The notes under the pieces: model-generated | Databases searched by the model: none | Seen by the model: the letters and a program-made list of their open reading frames with translations, nothing else | Told to the model about the DNA's origin: nothing | Shown: positions 29,787-40,552 of the stretch, in pieces | Layout of the letters: each line of letters starts with the position of its first letter | Position numbering within the stretch: the stretch's first letter is position 1 | DNA from: an uncultured virus (IMG/VR IMGVR_UViG_3300009183_000092) | Lineage: Duplodnaviria > Heunggongvirae > Uroviricota > Caudoviricetes | Direction: 5' to 3' (one strand) | IMG/VR virus record: IMGVR_UViG_3300009183_000092 | DNA length: 64,000 nt | Made by a program: the position numbers and the translations under genes

Positions 29787-30331
29787 TGCCACATGTTTTA
29801 TCATATCATCAAGACCCAATTACAATTTCATTTGATGAAAATGCTAACGCTTTTGAGTCTTTTTATTCATATTACCCTGAATTTATGGGTGAAATAAATA
29901 CAACTTTATTTACATTCAAAAATGGTGATATTTGGCAACACGGAACTACGCCTTATTGTAATTTTTATGGGACACAAGCTAGCGCTTCAATAACCACTGT
30001 ATTTAATTCAAGCTCTTTAGACAAGAAAACTTGGATTTCTGTAATGGAAACGGGAAGTGAAGTTTGGGCTTGTCCTGTGATATATACCCAAGTGGATAGC
30101 GTGTCAACAAAGCAACAAAGTGAACTTTTAAGTACCGATTTTGTGACATTAGAATCCGAGTATCAGGCTTCTTTTTTAAGGGATTCTACTAGTCCAGGAG
30201 GGCTTGTTGAAGGGGATAGTTTAAAGGGAGGGTATATTGTCATAAAATTTGAAAATTTAAATGCAAATTCTTTCGTATATTTGAACAGCGCAACAACTAA
30301 ATACATTAATTCACCATTGAATAATAGATAA
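29786..30331 (+). CDS. Probable C-terminal portion of tail stabilisation protein
   Basis: TISFDE....FESFYSYYPE...LFTFKNG.IW.H; TAATG-coupled start. Confidence 0.6.
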   Translation: MPHVLSYHQDPITISFDENANAFESFYSYYPEFMGEINTTLFTFKNGDIWQHGTTPYCNFYGTQASASITTVFNSSSLDKKTWISVMETGSEVWACPVIYTQVDSVSTKQQSELLSTDFVTLESEYQASFLRDSTSPGGLVEGDSLKGGYIVIKFENLNANSFVYLNSATTKYINSPLNNR

Positions 30332-30333
30332 TT

Positions 30334-31134
30334 ATGGAACCAATGACTATGGCCGCTTTGGCAGCAGGAGCACAAGCATTAGGCGGTGGTGTGCAAGCTT
30401 TGCTTAGTGGCAGAAAGAAACGTGAAAGAGAATTGAATGATTTTGCCAAACAAAGCCCATTATATACACCTAATAAATCTATTCAAGATTATTACCAACA
30501 AGCTTTAAATAGATATAATGAGAACCCTTATCAATCTCAGCAATATCAAATGGGTGCTAAAAATATTCAAAGAGCAACAGCTCAAGGATTAGGCGCTATG
30601 CAAGATAGAAGAGGTGGCATTGGTGGTGCGTCAAGATTAGCTGAAGCTCAAATGAGTGGTATGCAAAATTTAGGCGCAAATGCAGAAGCACAAAGAAATG
30701 CAAGATTTGGACAATATGGACAAGCTTCTCAAGCTAAAGCAGGAGAGGATTATAGAGCATTTGATATTAATCAAATGACTCCGTACAATCGTCAATTGCA
30801 ATTAAAGCAAATGGCTGCACAAGCTGCTAATAGTAGATTTAATGCAGGCTTAAGTATGGCAGGACAGGGTTTGAGTAATTTAACTCAAGTTGGAATTGCA
30901 GATAAAGCATATTCTGGTGGATTGGGTGGCGCAAATAAAACTAATTCGGCTTTAGCCAAATCAATTACGAATTCTCAAAATGAATTTGACGCTAATCGTT
31001 TAAGTTTACCTAAACTAGATGCTAGTTTAAGACCAGCCCCTTTGCATTATACTGATTTATATAAAGCGCAATTGAAGGCAAAATACGGGAATCCTTCTAT
31101 TGCTGGCTATGTAAACAATATTCCTACTTGGTAA
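30334..31134 (+). CDS. Putative small ejection/internal virion protein
   Basis: Ala/Gly/Gln-rich with hydrophobic N-terminus; follows nozzle gene. Confidence 0.6.
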   Translation: MEPMTMAALAAGAQALGGGVQALLSGRKKRERELNDFAKQSPLYTPNKSIQDYYQQALNRYNENPYQSQQYQMGAKNIQRATAQGLGAMQDRRGGIGGASRLAEAQMSGMQNLGANAEAQRNARFGQYGQASQAKAGEDYRAFDINQMTPYNRQLQLKQMAAQAANSRFNAGLSMAGQGLSNLTQVGIADKAYSGGLGGANKTNSALAKSITNSQNEFDANRLSLPKLDASLRPAPLHYTDLYKAQLKAKYGNPSIAGYVNNIPTW

Positions 31135-31155
31135 TTAAATATTAAAAATATAAAA

Positions 31156-32532
31156 ATGGCAGCTACAGGTTTATTAGGAATAAATCCATATCAACAAGGT
31201 GTAAACATAGATATATCATCTAAGCCAATGGCTTTAGCTTTCCAAATAGAGCAAAAAGAAGCAGCTAAGAGAGATGCTCTACAAAAGTATTTAATGGATT
31301 ATGAAAAATCCTTGAATTCAGCCGGAATGAGAAATGTAGATCAAGATGCATTTTTAGCAACATTAAATCAGGCAAAAGAATATAATTTAAAAAATACAGA
31401 AAAAATTTTAAACCCAGCTAAATACGGTTCAGAGTGGCAGTCAAATTATCTTGGAATGTTGAAGAAAGCTCAATCTTTGATTGAGGAATCAAAAGTTCAA
31501 GCTGCCGATGATAAAGTTGCAAATGAGCATATATATAGAGCAACACAAGAAGGAAAAACAATACAAGATGGCTTAATGCCTGCGATTGAAGCATCAAGAC
31601 TTTCAATTGTAGACCCAAGATTTAAGAAGATTAATCCTTGGGAATTGAAGTTTGATGAAAAATATGATGATAATAATATAATAAAAAATGTTTGGGGCAA
31701 TATTACTTTGCCGACAAGGGTAGTAGATGAGAAGTTGCCTGATGGGAGAATAGTTCCTGTAAAAAAATCGTATATAGATGATGAAATAAAGGAAATTGTT
31801 CCTTTAAATGGAATAAGAGATTACAAAATGCTACCTGGAGCTGCAAGATATTATAATGAAATAGCCAAAAATCCTGCTATATATGATGCTGCAAATAAAG
31901 AATTTGGTGAAGCATTTGCTACTATTGATCCAGTGACTGGAACAAAAATAAAACCAGAAATTGGTGATGATATAAATAAATTTATAGCTGGTTATGTTTT
32001 ATCTAAAAAGCCAGTAGGCAATGTTTCAGCTGATAGAGCTGATTATGATTGGTTAACTAAATTCAAAATTCAACAAGAAGCTATTAATAAAAGACAGCAA
32101 ATATCAGATGCGAGAGCCGATGCAAGGTCTCAGAAAGGACAACAACCACAAGGGCCAATGATTAATTTGCTTGATAAAATACCAAACAAAGATTTTGGTG
32201 GAGACGTTAAGTTAATAAATGGTATGGCAACAAAGGGCGGAAATCCATGGTCTGGAACAATAGATATTGAAAAAACTGATTTGCCTGGTGAATTATATAG
32301 CGTTATATTGAAAGATTTTGAAGATAGTGGTAATAAAATTAAAAAAATTCGTGTACATTACGATAACGGAGTTCCTACCAAATTCACTAATCCTAAAACA
32401 GGAGTATTTGATAGAGAGAGTATAGAAAGATATCAGAAAAAATACGATTCAGAACGTAAAGGCGAAAGTCTTTATCAACAAGGAGGTAATACAGGCGCAA
32501 GTAAAAAAACACCAAGACTTAACTTGAAATAA
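31156..32532 (+). CDS. Putative ejection/internal virion protein
   Basis: 458-aa helical protein; position. Confidence 0.55.
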   Translation: MAATGLLGINPYQQGVNIDISSKPMALAFQIEQKEAAKRDALQKYLMDYEKSLNSAGMRNVDQDAFLATLNQAKEYNLKNTEKILNPAKYGSEWQSNYLGMLKKAQSLIEESKVQAADDKVANEHIYRATQEGKTIQDGLMPAIEASRLSIVDPRFKKINPWELKFDEKYDDNNIIKNVWGNITLPTRVVDEKLPDGRIVPVKKSYIDDEIKEIVPLNGIRDYKMLPGAARYYNEIAKNPAIYDAANKEFGEAFATIDPVTGTKIKPEIGDDINKFIAGYVLSKKPVGNVSADRADYDWLTKFKIQQEAINKRQQISDARADARSQKGQQPQGPMINLLDKIPNKDFGGDVKLINGMATKGGNPWSGTIDIEKTDLPGELYSVILKDFEDSGNKIKKIRVHYDNGVPTKFTNPKTGVFDRESIERYQKKYDSERKGESLYQQGGNTGASKKTPRLNLK

Positions 32533-32543
32533 AAATTAATATA

Positions 32544-35500
32544 ATGGTACCTGAAAAATTAAATAAAGAAAATATTATTCCAGTTAAAGATGTAGTTGCT
32601 GAAATTAAGCCTACGCCAAATCCTTATACAAAAAAGGTGTATGAAAATTTATTGGATGCATTTGGTCAAGATCATTTGCCAACATATGAAATATTTTCTC
32701 AGAAAATTTCAGATCCTAAATATAGATACGCAGTTCGTGAGAATTTATTAGATGTATATGGGCCAGGGAATGTGCCTGATTTAAAATCGTTCAATGATAG
32801 CCTAAACGTTGTCATCCCTGAAAAAAAAAATCTTGGCGAGATTGGTGGAGTCGTATCACCTCTTACAGAATCAGAATTATCATCTACTCCAAGCACTCAG
32901 ATATTAAATAATGGAATTGATAAAACTAAAAACCCTTTTAGTTTATTAGATGAAACTAGAAATAATTTTGATTTTACTAAAAATAAACAAGTAGAAGATG
33001 TTGTTACTAATTTAGGTATGCCTAAATCAGTAATATCTGCTTACAGACAATTAAATCAAGGATATTTTAATCCAAACCCAGACCCAAATAATTTACAATC
33101 AGGACCTGGCGTATATTCTGATCGCGAACAATCTTTGGCTGATTATAAAGCTAATCCAAATGATTTTACTAAAAAACTAAATGTACACGTTTGGAAAGAT
33201 TATCTTTTGTCAAATCACGCTAATTTTAATGAATATTGGAAAAATATTGAACCATCTGAAGATAAGGATGTTAATCAACAAAAATATTATAAAGAAATTG
33301 AAGATATTTCAAAAACAATAAATAATATATATTCTGGTAAACAAAGCGCTAATGGAGTAGTAGGAGATGCCAGAGGGTTGATAAATTTGCAAAATGATGT
33401 TGAAAAAGCTTCAAATTATATAAAACAGTATGTTAGAGAACCAGGCGATCAGGAAAAAGCTTTAATTGCATTAGGCAATAGTTCCATTGATATTTTTGGT
33501 AATAATGAGGAATTAGAAGAATACGACCAAAAGCCGCTTGGTAAATATTTAAATTCTTATCAATCTATAGGGTTAAATTATTTAAGAAGATTAGACAGGG
33601 GTAAAGCTGAATTTTTTGAAAAATATAAAGATGTAGATCCTAGTAAATATGATAATTTTGGAGGATATTTTAATAAATTAGGTTATGAAAAACAAGCAAA
33701 GCAACTAGACGAGCTTGGAGCACGTATTCATTTAAATTGGGCACAAAATCAATTAAATGAATTAGATAATAGATATAAGCAACAAGGCAATTATCTGGAT
33801 CCAGAAGATGTAATTAAATACGGAAAAGTATTAGAGTCTGCAAACAAGGCACAAGAATATTTAAACCATTTGGCTGAATATTATCCAGATGTAATTGATG
33901 CGGATTCTCGTCAAATAGCTCAAGATTATTTAGGTTATAATTCAGGTGTTTGGGGTACAGCTGGTTCAAAATTGAGTTATGGATTTGCCAATTTGGGTCA
34001 GTCAGTATATGATTTAGCAGCTGCACCTTTTAGAAGTAAAGAAGAAATTGACGAAGCTGCATTATTTGCTTCTGGTTTTGGTGATTATACTTCAGTCCAA
34101 ACTATGCCTCGCTCCGATATCAGGTCAGATAAAACAGGTCAGTTTATACCTAATAAAGAATTACTGGGTAAAATGGAGGAAATAAAAAATTCAAATTTAG
34201 AACCTGTTGTTAAAGCGCAAAAAATTTCAAATTTAATACAAAATAATCGTGATAAATATACTTTTATTCCTCCAGATGGCGGATATAATTGGGGCGCTAA
34301 AATGATATTTTCATCAACTTTGAATTTTGCTGCTGATTTAGCTCCATTTATTTTGCAAGCATATGTAACAAGGGGAGCTGGTGGTTCATCTATGTTAGGT
34401 AGATTTTCCAATATGTTTGGTAATGTTTTAGTTACATCTTATGAACAAGAGCTTGCTAGGGCTGTTAATGAAAACAATCCAAATCCAGAATCTAGTGCTT
34501 TGGCTAATATTTTTGTAAATGCATTGGCATATGAAGCGGCTGGTGTTGGTACTAAATCAATATCTTATATAAGAAATGCAGCTGGTAAAATGGGGGGAAT
34601 GGCTGATAAAATAATAAGCAAATTAGATGATGCTACAATAAAGAAAATGTTAGATAATCCGCCTAAGAACTTAAAGTCATTTATGACAGATTTAGGTAAG
34701 GCATCTTTAAAAACAGCTGGGGAAGGTGCTCAAGGTGCACTTGCTTTTGAAGCAATTTTGGGTGGTAAAAAGTATTTAGAAACTGGTGAGTTTAATTTAG
34801 AAGAATCTGCTTTAAATGCGTTAAATTTTACTTTATTCCATACGGTTGCTGGAACTGGTAGCGAAATGGTTGGGTTAAATAGTAGAAATAAAAATAACTT
34901 ATATCAAGCTGCATTAGATGTAGATAATGTTAAATTTGATGCAAAAAAAGCTTTAGCTGAAGGAAAAATTACAGAGCAAAAACATAACCAAATTGTTAAA
35001 AATGTAGAGGCAGCTTCCAAAGTTTTAGAAAGAGTGCCAATGGTAGATGAAAATGGGAAAAAATTAAACGATAAAGATGCTTCAGAATTATTATATTTAA
35101 AAATAAAAGAACAATTTATTAAGGATAAATTAAATAAAGATATACCTGAAAAATTAAAAGAAAAATATAAAAAAGAATTATCTGATAACCAGCAGAAAAT
35201 AGATAAAATATATAAAGGTAGTTTACCTCAAAATATAGGCAAACCATTTGCTGGTTTTGAAGAAGGTAAAATGGGTGAAGCTCCAGTCTTGGGGACTAAA
35301 GTTGCTGAAACTCCTACTACTGAAATTAATGCTATTCCAGTTCAAGAAGGTGGTAAAGCGCCTGTTACCGAAGTAGTTGCTACTGAAACTCCTGTATCAC
35401 CAGAAAAGCCAGTTACCGAAGCTGTTCAAGAAGGTGTTAAACCAACTACTGAAATACCTGTTGAAGAAGGTGGTAAACCAGTAACTAAACAAGCTATTCC

Positions 35501-38500
35501 AACTGCTGAAATACCTGTTGAAGAAGGTGGTAAACCAACCGAAATAATTCCAGAAGTAACAGTAGAAGGAACAAAACAAGGTTATCAAGTTCTTAGTGGT
35601 GACAAAGGAAATGCAATAGGAGATATATTTAGACAAGAAGCATCAGAAGCAAGAGCAGCAGGTAAAGATTCTTTTACCAAGGAAACTGTTAAAGATGGTA
35701 AAAAAACATTTACATTAGTTGATGCAAATGTTTATGATGATTTTGGAAGGGGAGGATTTAAATCTGCATCTATAACACTTCCAGAAGGAACTAAATTAAC
35801 TATTGAAGATGTAATGCCTGCCTTAAAAGCTGGATTAAAGGGGGAGAAAATTGAACCTATTAAGATTGGTGAAAAAGCAGAAGTTAAACCAACTGAAGCA
35901 ACTAAACCAACTATAGAGAAAGAAGAAGTTAAACCAACTGATGTAGAAACTAAAATAACTGATATACAAAAAAATCTTGACCTTGCAAATAAAATTGAAA
36001 AAGCGAGAAGTGGTGATAAGAAAGCTCAAGAAGAATTAACTAAATTTGGTATAAAATATGATAAAAATCCTATTTATAGACATGTTTCAGAAAGTGAAGT
36101 AAATGCTTTAAATAATGGAGAGCAAATAGAAGGTAAGTTTAAAAATGGCAGAGTAGATGTTACAACTAATTCAAAGCCTTCAACAGGAGCAAATGCTGAA
36201 TACAGAATTACTTTTAATGATACTTATGATTTTAATAAAGGAGATAAGGCAAAAGTAAAAAATGAAGAGCTTGGTGATGGTTGGATTGCAGAAGGAGGTT
36301 ATAACAAAGGTGATGTTTTAAGAATTGAAAAAAGAAATGAAGATGGTAGTTATACTTCAGTTTATGAAGGTAAAAACAAAACAGTTGAAGGTGAGCTTAA
36401 TAAACAATTAAGTGATTTACAAGGAGATAAAACACAACAAGTTAAACCAACTGAAGTAGGTAAAACGGAAAATACAGAAAAGCAAGAAGCTATAAATAAA
36501 GCTAACAAGCAACGTCAGTCAACAATAGAAAAAACAAGTAGAGAATGGCAGGAAGCAAATATTGATACAGAAGAGCATCCATTAATTGTTGGGGATAAAC
36601 TTGCAGAAGGCGTTATCATAAAAGTAGGTCAAGTATTAGATTATAGAGAAAATAAAGATGGGAAGTTATTAGGCAAAAGTGTGCCCGAAGGAGGTATTCC
36701 AATTGTTACTAGTATTGAAGATTTGGGTAATTTACATAAACAAGGTATGGTTGATGTTGGTATTTTTAATTCTAAAGAAGAGGCTAATAAATGGTTAGCT
36801 GATAGAGATGCTGGGTTTAAACAAAGTTATGAAAACAAATTATCTAAAATTGATGGTAAATATGGAGAACAGGCTATTTCAGAAGGTGGTAAAAAAGAAG
36901 TTAAACCAACTGATGTAACTGAAACAATTCAAGAACAAAAGCCTTCAAAAAAAGAAAATATTAATATAAAAAATATTGCAGATGAAAAAGGTAATATAAA
37001 TACATATAGTTTAAAAGCTGCTATAGTTGATGCTCCTGCTTTAATAAATGTAAATGAAAAGACTGTAGAAAATACTGTAGGTCATTTAAGACAAATAGCA
37101 GATAAAATAAATGATAAAGAATTAAATGATACTGTTGCTTATTTAGAAGATGCATCTAACATGTTATTATCTATAAAAAACATGGAAGAAGGTAAAAGAA
37201 ATGAATTTTTAAGCAATCAAGAAAACTTTTATTCTGATAAGAAACCACCATCTGAAGTATTAAAAAGACTTGATGATTGGGCTAAAGTATTAAAAGGCAA
37301 TACTGCAAAAAATAATGCAGAAAGATTATTAAAAGAGCAATATCAACAAGTTTTAGGTGAAATCCAAAAAAGATTTATTGATGAAAAGCAGCAGCCAAAT
37401 AGACCAAAATTATTAGAAGCTCCTGTAGAAGTTAAACCAACTGCTGAAGCCAAAGTTGCTAGTGATTTAGTTAGTGTATCGGTAGCGCCTTATTATGATA
37501 CTCAAATAAAGGATATATCTGATGCATCTAAATTAAGAGAATCTGAAGGGTATAAGGAGCATATCCAAATGCTAAAAAAAGTAGCAAAAACAATGGGATT
37601 AGAAATTAATTCTATTGATGATACTATTGGCGGTTTTGAAAATGAGCAAAACAATAAAATAACAGAAATATCAAATAGGGTAAAATTAAATACCAAAGAT
37701 ATAGATGCAGCGGAAAAATATGCAGCTGTTGTAGGTGCATTAGCCCATGAAACTCAAGAAGCTACAATTGCAGCTAGATATGTGGAACATGGAGATCCAA
37801 ATCAATCAGCAATAGAAACCGAATTAAAGGTATCTGATTTAAATAATGCAGTAAAATCACTAAAAGAAGCAGGAATTAACAGCTTTGAAATCAATGAAAA
37901 TGGTAATTCTATTAAAATTTTAGACTTTGACAATGGGAAAAGTAAAGATTTTAATAATAAAATGCTTAGTTTTGCGGACATACTAGATAAAAACAATGTT
38001 AAATATGAAACAGAACACCACGCAATTGAATCAAGATATGTCAGCCCAGAAAGACGTGCCGAGCTACTTAAAGAGGCTAAACTCCAAGCAGAGCAACAAA
38101 AAGGTGGGGCAAAGCTTCGTGACATTTACGAAAAATCAGAAGCAAAAAGCAAAGAATTCTTAGATAAAAAAGAGTTACCTGTTGAGATACCAGAAGAAGT
38201 CTATAATCCTATTGTAGATAAAATAAGGAAAGGTATTCAAAAGCTTAGTGATAAAGCCAAAATAAGTGTATTAAAGGGCAAGAATTTTGCAAAAGCTCTA
38301 AATGAAGCTATTAAAACAGGTGGTGCAAATCTACAATCATGGGGTGGTTTTGAAAAGAAAGGTTTTGAAGAATCACCTGAATGGAAAAAATTAATAGATG
38401 ATGGTACTGTAAAATTAAAATTTGATTTAAAGGGATTAGAAGGTAAAACTGTTGTAGTAATTAACCCTGATAACATGTTAACAGGCGAGGTTGTTACTAA

Positions 38501-40067
38501 AGATGGTAAACCAATTGTAGATGGCAATGGGGGTATTAATTTTGTTACAAAATACGGTGATGTATGGGCATCTTCTGATAAGTCAACAGCTAATACGTTA
38601 GCTAGATATATAAATGAGGCAAGGCAAAAAGATTTAGCTGCTGGTGGAGATGGAACCGTACATGTTGTTGTTACAAAGGGAGATTTGTCTAAATCTTTAA
38701 CATCGCATACTGGTGCTAAAGCTGCAATGAAAGTTTTGGAACATTTAGTAGATAAAAAATTAGTTTCTGTATCTGATTTTAGAAAATCCTTAACTGAAGT
38801 AGGTAAAAAATATAACATAGATTTTGACGGCAGATTGGATGCTAAATCAATACATGATGATATTGCAAAAAAGTTTTTTGGTGTTAATGATTCAACATTC
38901 TCAAAAAGAGGATTTTTTATTCAAGATGTTATTGATCATTTATCTAAAAATAGCAAAAGTGCTAAAGAGAATATTAGTAAGATAAGAGAAATGCTTAATA
39001 CTGAGGCATTACCAAAATCAACAGAAAGAAAAACGGGAGAAATTAGCTTTGCTAAAGAAGGTATAGTAGATGCTATTGGTCATTTGTTATCAGATAATAT
39101 AACTGTAGGTGTTAAAAATAGTGAAGCTTATGCTACAATTGAAATAAAGCATCCTGTAGAAGTTTTTAATTTAAATAAAGAAGAAGGTGGTCACGAAAGT
39201 TATCCATTCCATTTAAGACAAATTGATAAAAATGGTAATAAAGTAAAACCAGTTTTAAACGTATTAAATGAAGCTCAACATGTTACAGATGTTTTAAATG
39301 ATGTAAATAATAGACCAGTAGATAAAAAAGGAGGGGCAGGTAAATTTGGTAGTAATCAAATAGGCATGGCTAGAGGCGTAGTTAAACCAGCTTCAGAACA
39401 TCCAAGTGGTGTAAACATGATGACTGATGCCACAGGTAAAATTTATGGTTTTGAGAAAAATGGTAAAATTGTATTAAATGCTGATTTAATGAATGGCAAT
39501 ACCCCATTCCATGAAGCAGGTCATTTATGGTTAAATTGGGCAAGAGAAAGTAGGGCAGATTTACATGAAGCAGGGATGACTAAAATTGAAGGGTCTAAAT
39601 ACCTTCAAGATGTTAAAAATAACCCTGTTTACCAAGAGAATGCATCTAAGTTGCCAGAATTAGAAAGAGACGCTTATTTTAAATCTGAAGCCCTTGCGAA
39701 AGCTATTGGAGACAATGGAGAGCAATTTGTAAATAGTGCTAAAAAAGCTGACTTTAAACAATGGCTTAAAGATTTATGGACTTCCATAGCTGATCAATTT
39801 GGACTTAGAGATATGACGGCTGAACAAATTTCCGATTTAACTTTAGATGAGTTTTCAAAAAAAGTTGTGTCTGATATTGTTGGTAAAGAAAAGGTTGTGG
39901 AAAAAGGTCTTGAAACAGAAGGCATTATAGAACCAGCCAAAATGGAGAGAAAATATGAAGAAATTTATAAAGACTTGACAAATATTGAAAAAAGACAAAT
40001 AATTAATAGTAAATTTGAGAAATTACTAGAAGAACTTAAAATAGAAAAAATATGTCCAACGGATTAA
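32544..40067 (+). CDS. Giant (2507 aa) polyvalent ejection protein with C-terminal zincin-like motif
   Basis: TPFHEAGHLW..E.LA.AIG; EIPVEEGGKP and VKPT repeats. Confidence 0.7.
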   Translation: MVPEKLNKENIIPVKDVVAEIKPTPNPYTKKVYENLLDAFGQDHLPTYEIFSQKISDPKYRYAVRENLLDVYGPGNVPDLKSFNDSLNVVIPEKKNLGEIGGVVSPLTESELSSTPSTQILNNGIDKTKNPFSLLDETRNNFDFTKNKQVEDVVTNLGMPKSVISAYRQLNQGYFNPNPDPNNLQSGPGVYSDREQSLADYKANPNDFTKKLNVHVWKDYLLSNHANFNEYWKNIEPSEDKDVNQQKYYKEIEDISKTINNIYSGKQSANGVVGDARGLINLQNDVEKASNYIKQYVREPGDQEKALIALGNSSIDIFGNNEELEEYDQKPLGKYLNSYQSIGLNYLRRLDRGKAEFFEKYKDVDPSKYDNFGGYFNKLGYEKQAKQLDELGARIHLNWAQNQLNELDNRYKQQGNYLDPEDVIKYGKVLESANKAQEYLNHLAEYYPDVIDADSRQIAQDYLGYNSGVWGTAGSKLSYGFANLGQSVYDLAAAPFRSKEEIDEAALFASGFGDYTSVQTMPRSDIRSDKTGQFIPNKELLGKMEEIKNSNLEPVVKAQKISNLIQNNRDKYTFIPPDGGYNWGAKMIFSSTLNFAADLAPFILQAYVTRGAGGSSMLGRFSNMFGNVLVTSYEQELARAVNENNPNPESSALANIFVNALAYEAAGVGTKSISYIRNAAGKMGGMADKIISKLDDATIKKMLDNPPKNLKSFMTDLGKASLKTAGEGAQGALAFEAILGGKKYLETGEFNLEESALNALNFTLFHTVAGTGSEMVGLNSRNKNNLYQAALDVDNVKFDAKKALAEGKITEQKHNQIVKNVEAASKVLERVPMVDENGKKLNDKDASELLYLKIKEQFIKDKLNKDIPEKLKEKYKKELSDNQQKIDKIYKGSLPQNIGKPFAGFEEGKMGEAPVLGTKVAETPTTEINAIPVQEGGKAPVTEVVATETPVSPEKPVTEAVQEGVKPTTEIPVEEGGKPVTKQAIPTAEIPVEEGGKPTEIIPEVTVEGTKQGYQVLSGDKGNAIGDIFRQEASEARAAGKDSFTKETVKDGKKTFTLVDANVYDDFGRGGFKSASITLPEGTKLTIEDVMPALKAGLKGEKIEPIKIGEKAEVKPTEATKPTIEKEEVKPTDVETKITDIQKNLDLANKIEKARSGDKKAQEELTKFGIKYDKNPIYRHVSESEVNALNNGEQIEGKFKNGRVDVTTNSKPSTGANAEYRITFNDTYDFNKGDKAKVKNEELGDGWIAEGGYNKGDVLRIEKRNEDGSYTSVYEGKNKTVEGELNKQLSDLQGDKTQQVKPTEVGKTENTEKQEAINKANKQRQSTIEKTSREWQEANIDTEEHPLIVGDKLAEGVIIKVGQVLDYRENKDGKLLGKSVPEGGIPIVTSIEDLGNLHKQGMVDVGIFNSKEEANKWLADRDAGFKQSYENKLSKIDGKYGEQAISEGGKKEVKPTDVTETIQEQKPSKKENINIKNIADEKGNINTYSLKAAIVDAPALINVNEKTVENTVGHLRQIADKINDKELNDTVAYLEDASNMLLSIKNMEEGKRNEFLSNQENFYSDKKPPSEVLKRLDDWAKVLKGNTAKNNAERLLKEQYQQVLGEIQKRFIDEKQQPNRPKLLEAPVEVKPTAEAKVASDLVSVSVAPYYDTQIKDISDASKLRESEGYKEHIQMLKKVAKTMGLEINSIDDTIGGFENEQNNKITEISNRVKLNTKDIDAAEKYAAVVGALAHETQEATIAARYVEHGDPNQSAIETELKVSDLNNAVKSLKEAGINSFEINENGNSIKILDFDNGKSKDFNNKMLSFADILDKNNVKYETEHHAIESRYVSPERRAELLKEAKLQAEQQKGGAKLRDIYEKSEAKSKEFLDKKELPVEIPEEVYNPIVDKIRKGIQKLSDKAKISVLKGKNFAKALNEAIKTGGANLQSWGGFEKKGFEESPEWKKLIDDGTVKLKFDLKGLEGKTVVVINPDNMLTGEVVTKDGKPIVDGNGGINFVTKYGDVWASSDKSTANTLARYINEARQKDLAAGGDGTVHVVVTKGDLSKSLTSHTGAKAAMKVLEHLVDKKLVSVSDFRKSLTEVGKKYNIDFDGRLDAKSIHDDIAKKFFGVNDSTFSKRGFFIQDVIDHLSKNSKSAKENISKIREMLNTEALPKSTERKTGEISFAKEGIVDAIGHLLSDNITVGVKNSEAYATIEIKHPVEVFNLNKEEGGHESYPFHLRQIDKNGNKVKPVLNVLNEAQHVTDVLNDVNNRPVDKKGGAGKFGSNQIGMARGVVKPASEHPSGVNMMTDATGKIYGFEKNGKIVLNADLMNGNTPFHEAGHLWLNWARESRADLHEAGMTKIEGSKYLQDVKNNPVYQENASKLPELERDAYFKSEALAKAIGDNGEQFVNSAKKADFKQWLKDLWTSIADQFGLRDMTAEQISDLTLDEFSKKVVSDIVGKEKVVEKGLETEGIIEPAKMERKYEEIYKDLTNIEKRQIINSKFEKLLEELKIEKICPTD

Positions 40068-40552
40068 AATCCTTATTAAGCTCAAGCATGAAAAAAGGCA
40101 TGCAAGATGCAGTTTATATTGAATTGTATCAATCTAATTTATGGAAGAGTTTAGCTAACCAATTGCAAAGATTAGGTTACTTTGGTAGTCAAAAATATTT
40201 TTTAGCAGAAAGCGCTGAAGAATTAACCCATTATCAAATGCATGTAGAATTCATGAATGACATGGGTGATTGTGCTGATTTGCCTAAAATTGATGCCATT
40301 ACTGATAAAGTAGAAGATATTGGCGATGCCTTAGAAATAGGTTACAATATTGAATTAGACGTATATAAACAATATAAGGATTTTTATAAAAAAGCAGAAG
40401 ATGAGGATGTGTCAGTTGCTCAATATTTATTACAATTTGTTGAAATTCAGCGTAAAGCAGTTGGTCATTATGGTGACTTATTGGCTAAATACAAAGTAGC
40501 AGAAACAACTAAAGAAATTTTAGAATTTGACCAACATATATCAGATGTATAA
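40052..40552 (+). CDS. Ferritin-like protein
   Basis: ELYQSNLW...G...YF..ES.EELTH...ELDV...YLLQFVEIQ four-helix ferritin pattern. Confidence 0.82.
   Translation: MSNGLKSLLSSSMKKGMQDAVYIELYQSNLWKSLANQLQRLGYFGSQKYFLAESAEELTHYQMHVEFMNDMGDCADLPKIDAITDKVEDIGDALEIGYNIELDVYKQYKDFYKKAEDEDVSVAQYLLQFVEIQRKAVGHYGDLLAKYKVAETTKEILEFDQHISDV

Noticed and set aside
38237..38818. 193-aa antisense ORF and other nested antisense ORFs
   Set aside because: Shadows of long, well-supported genes; no motifs or expression signals.
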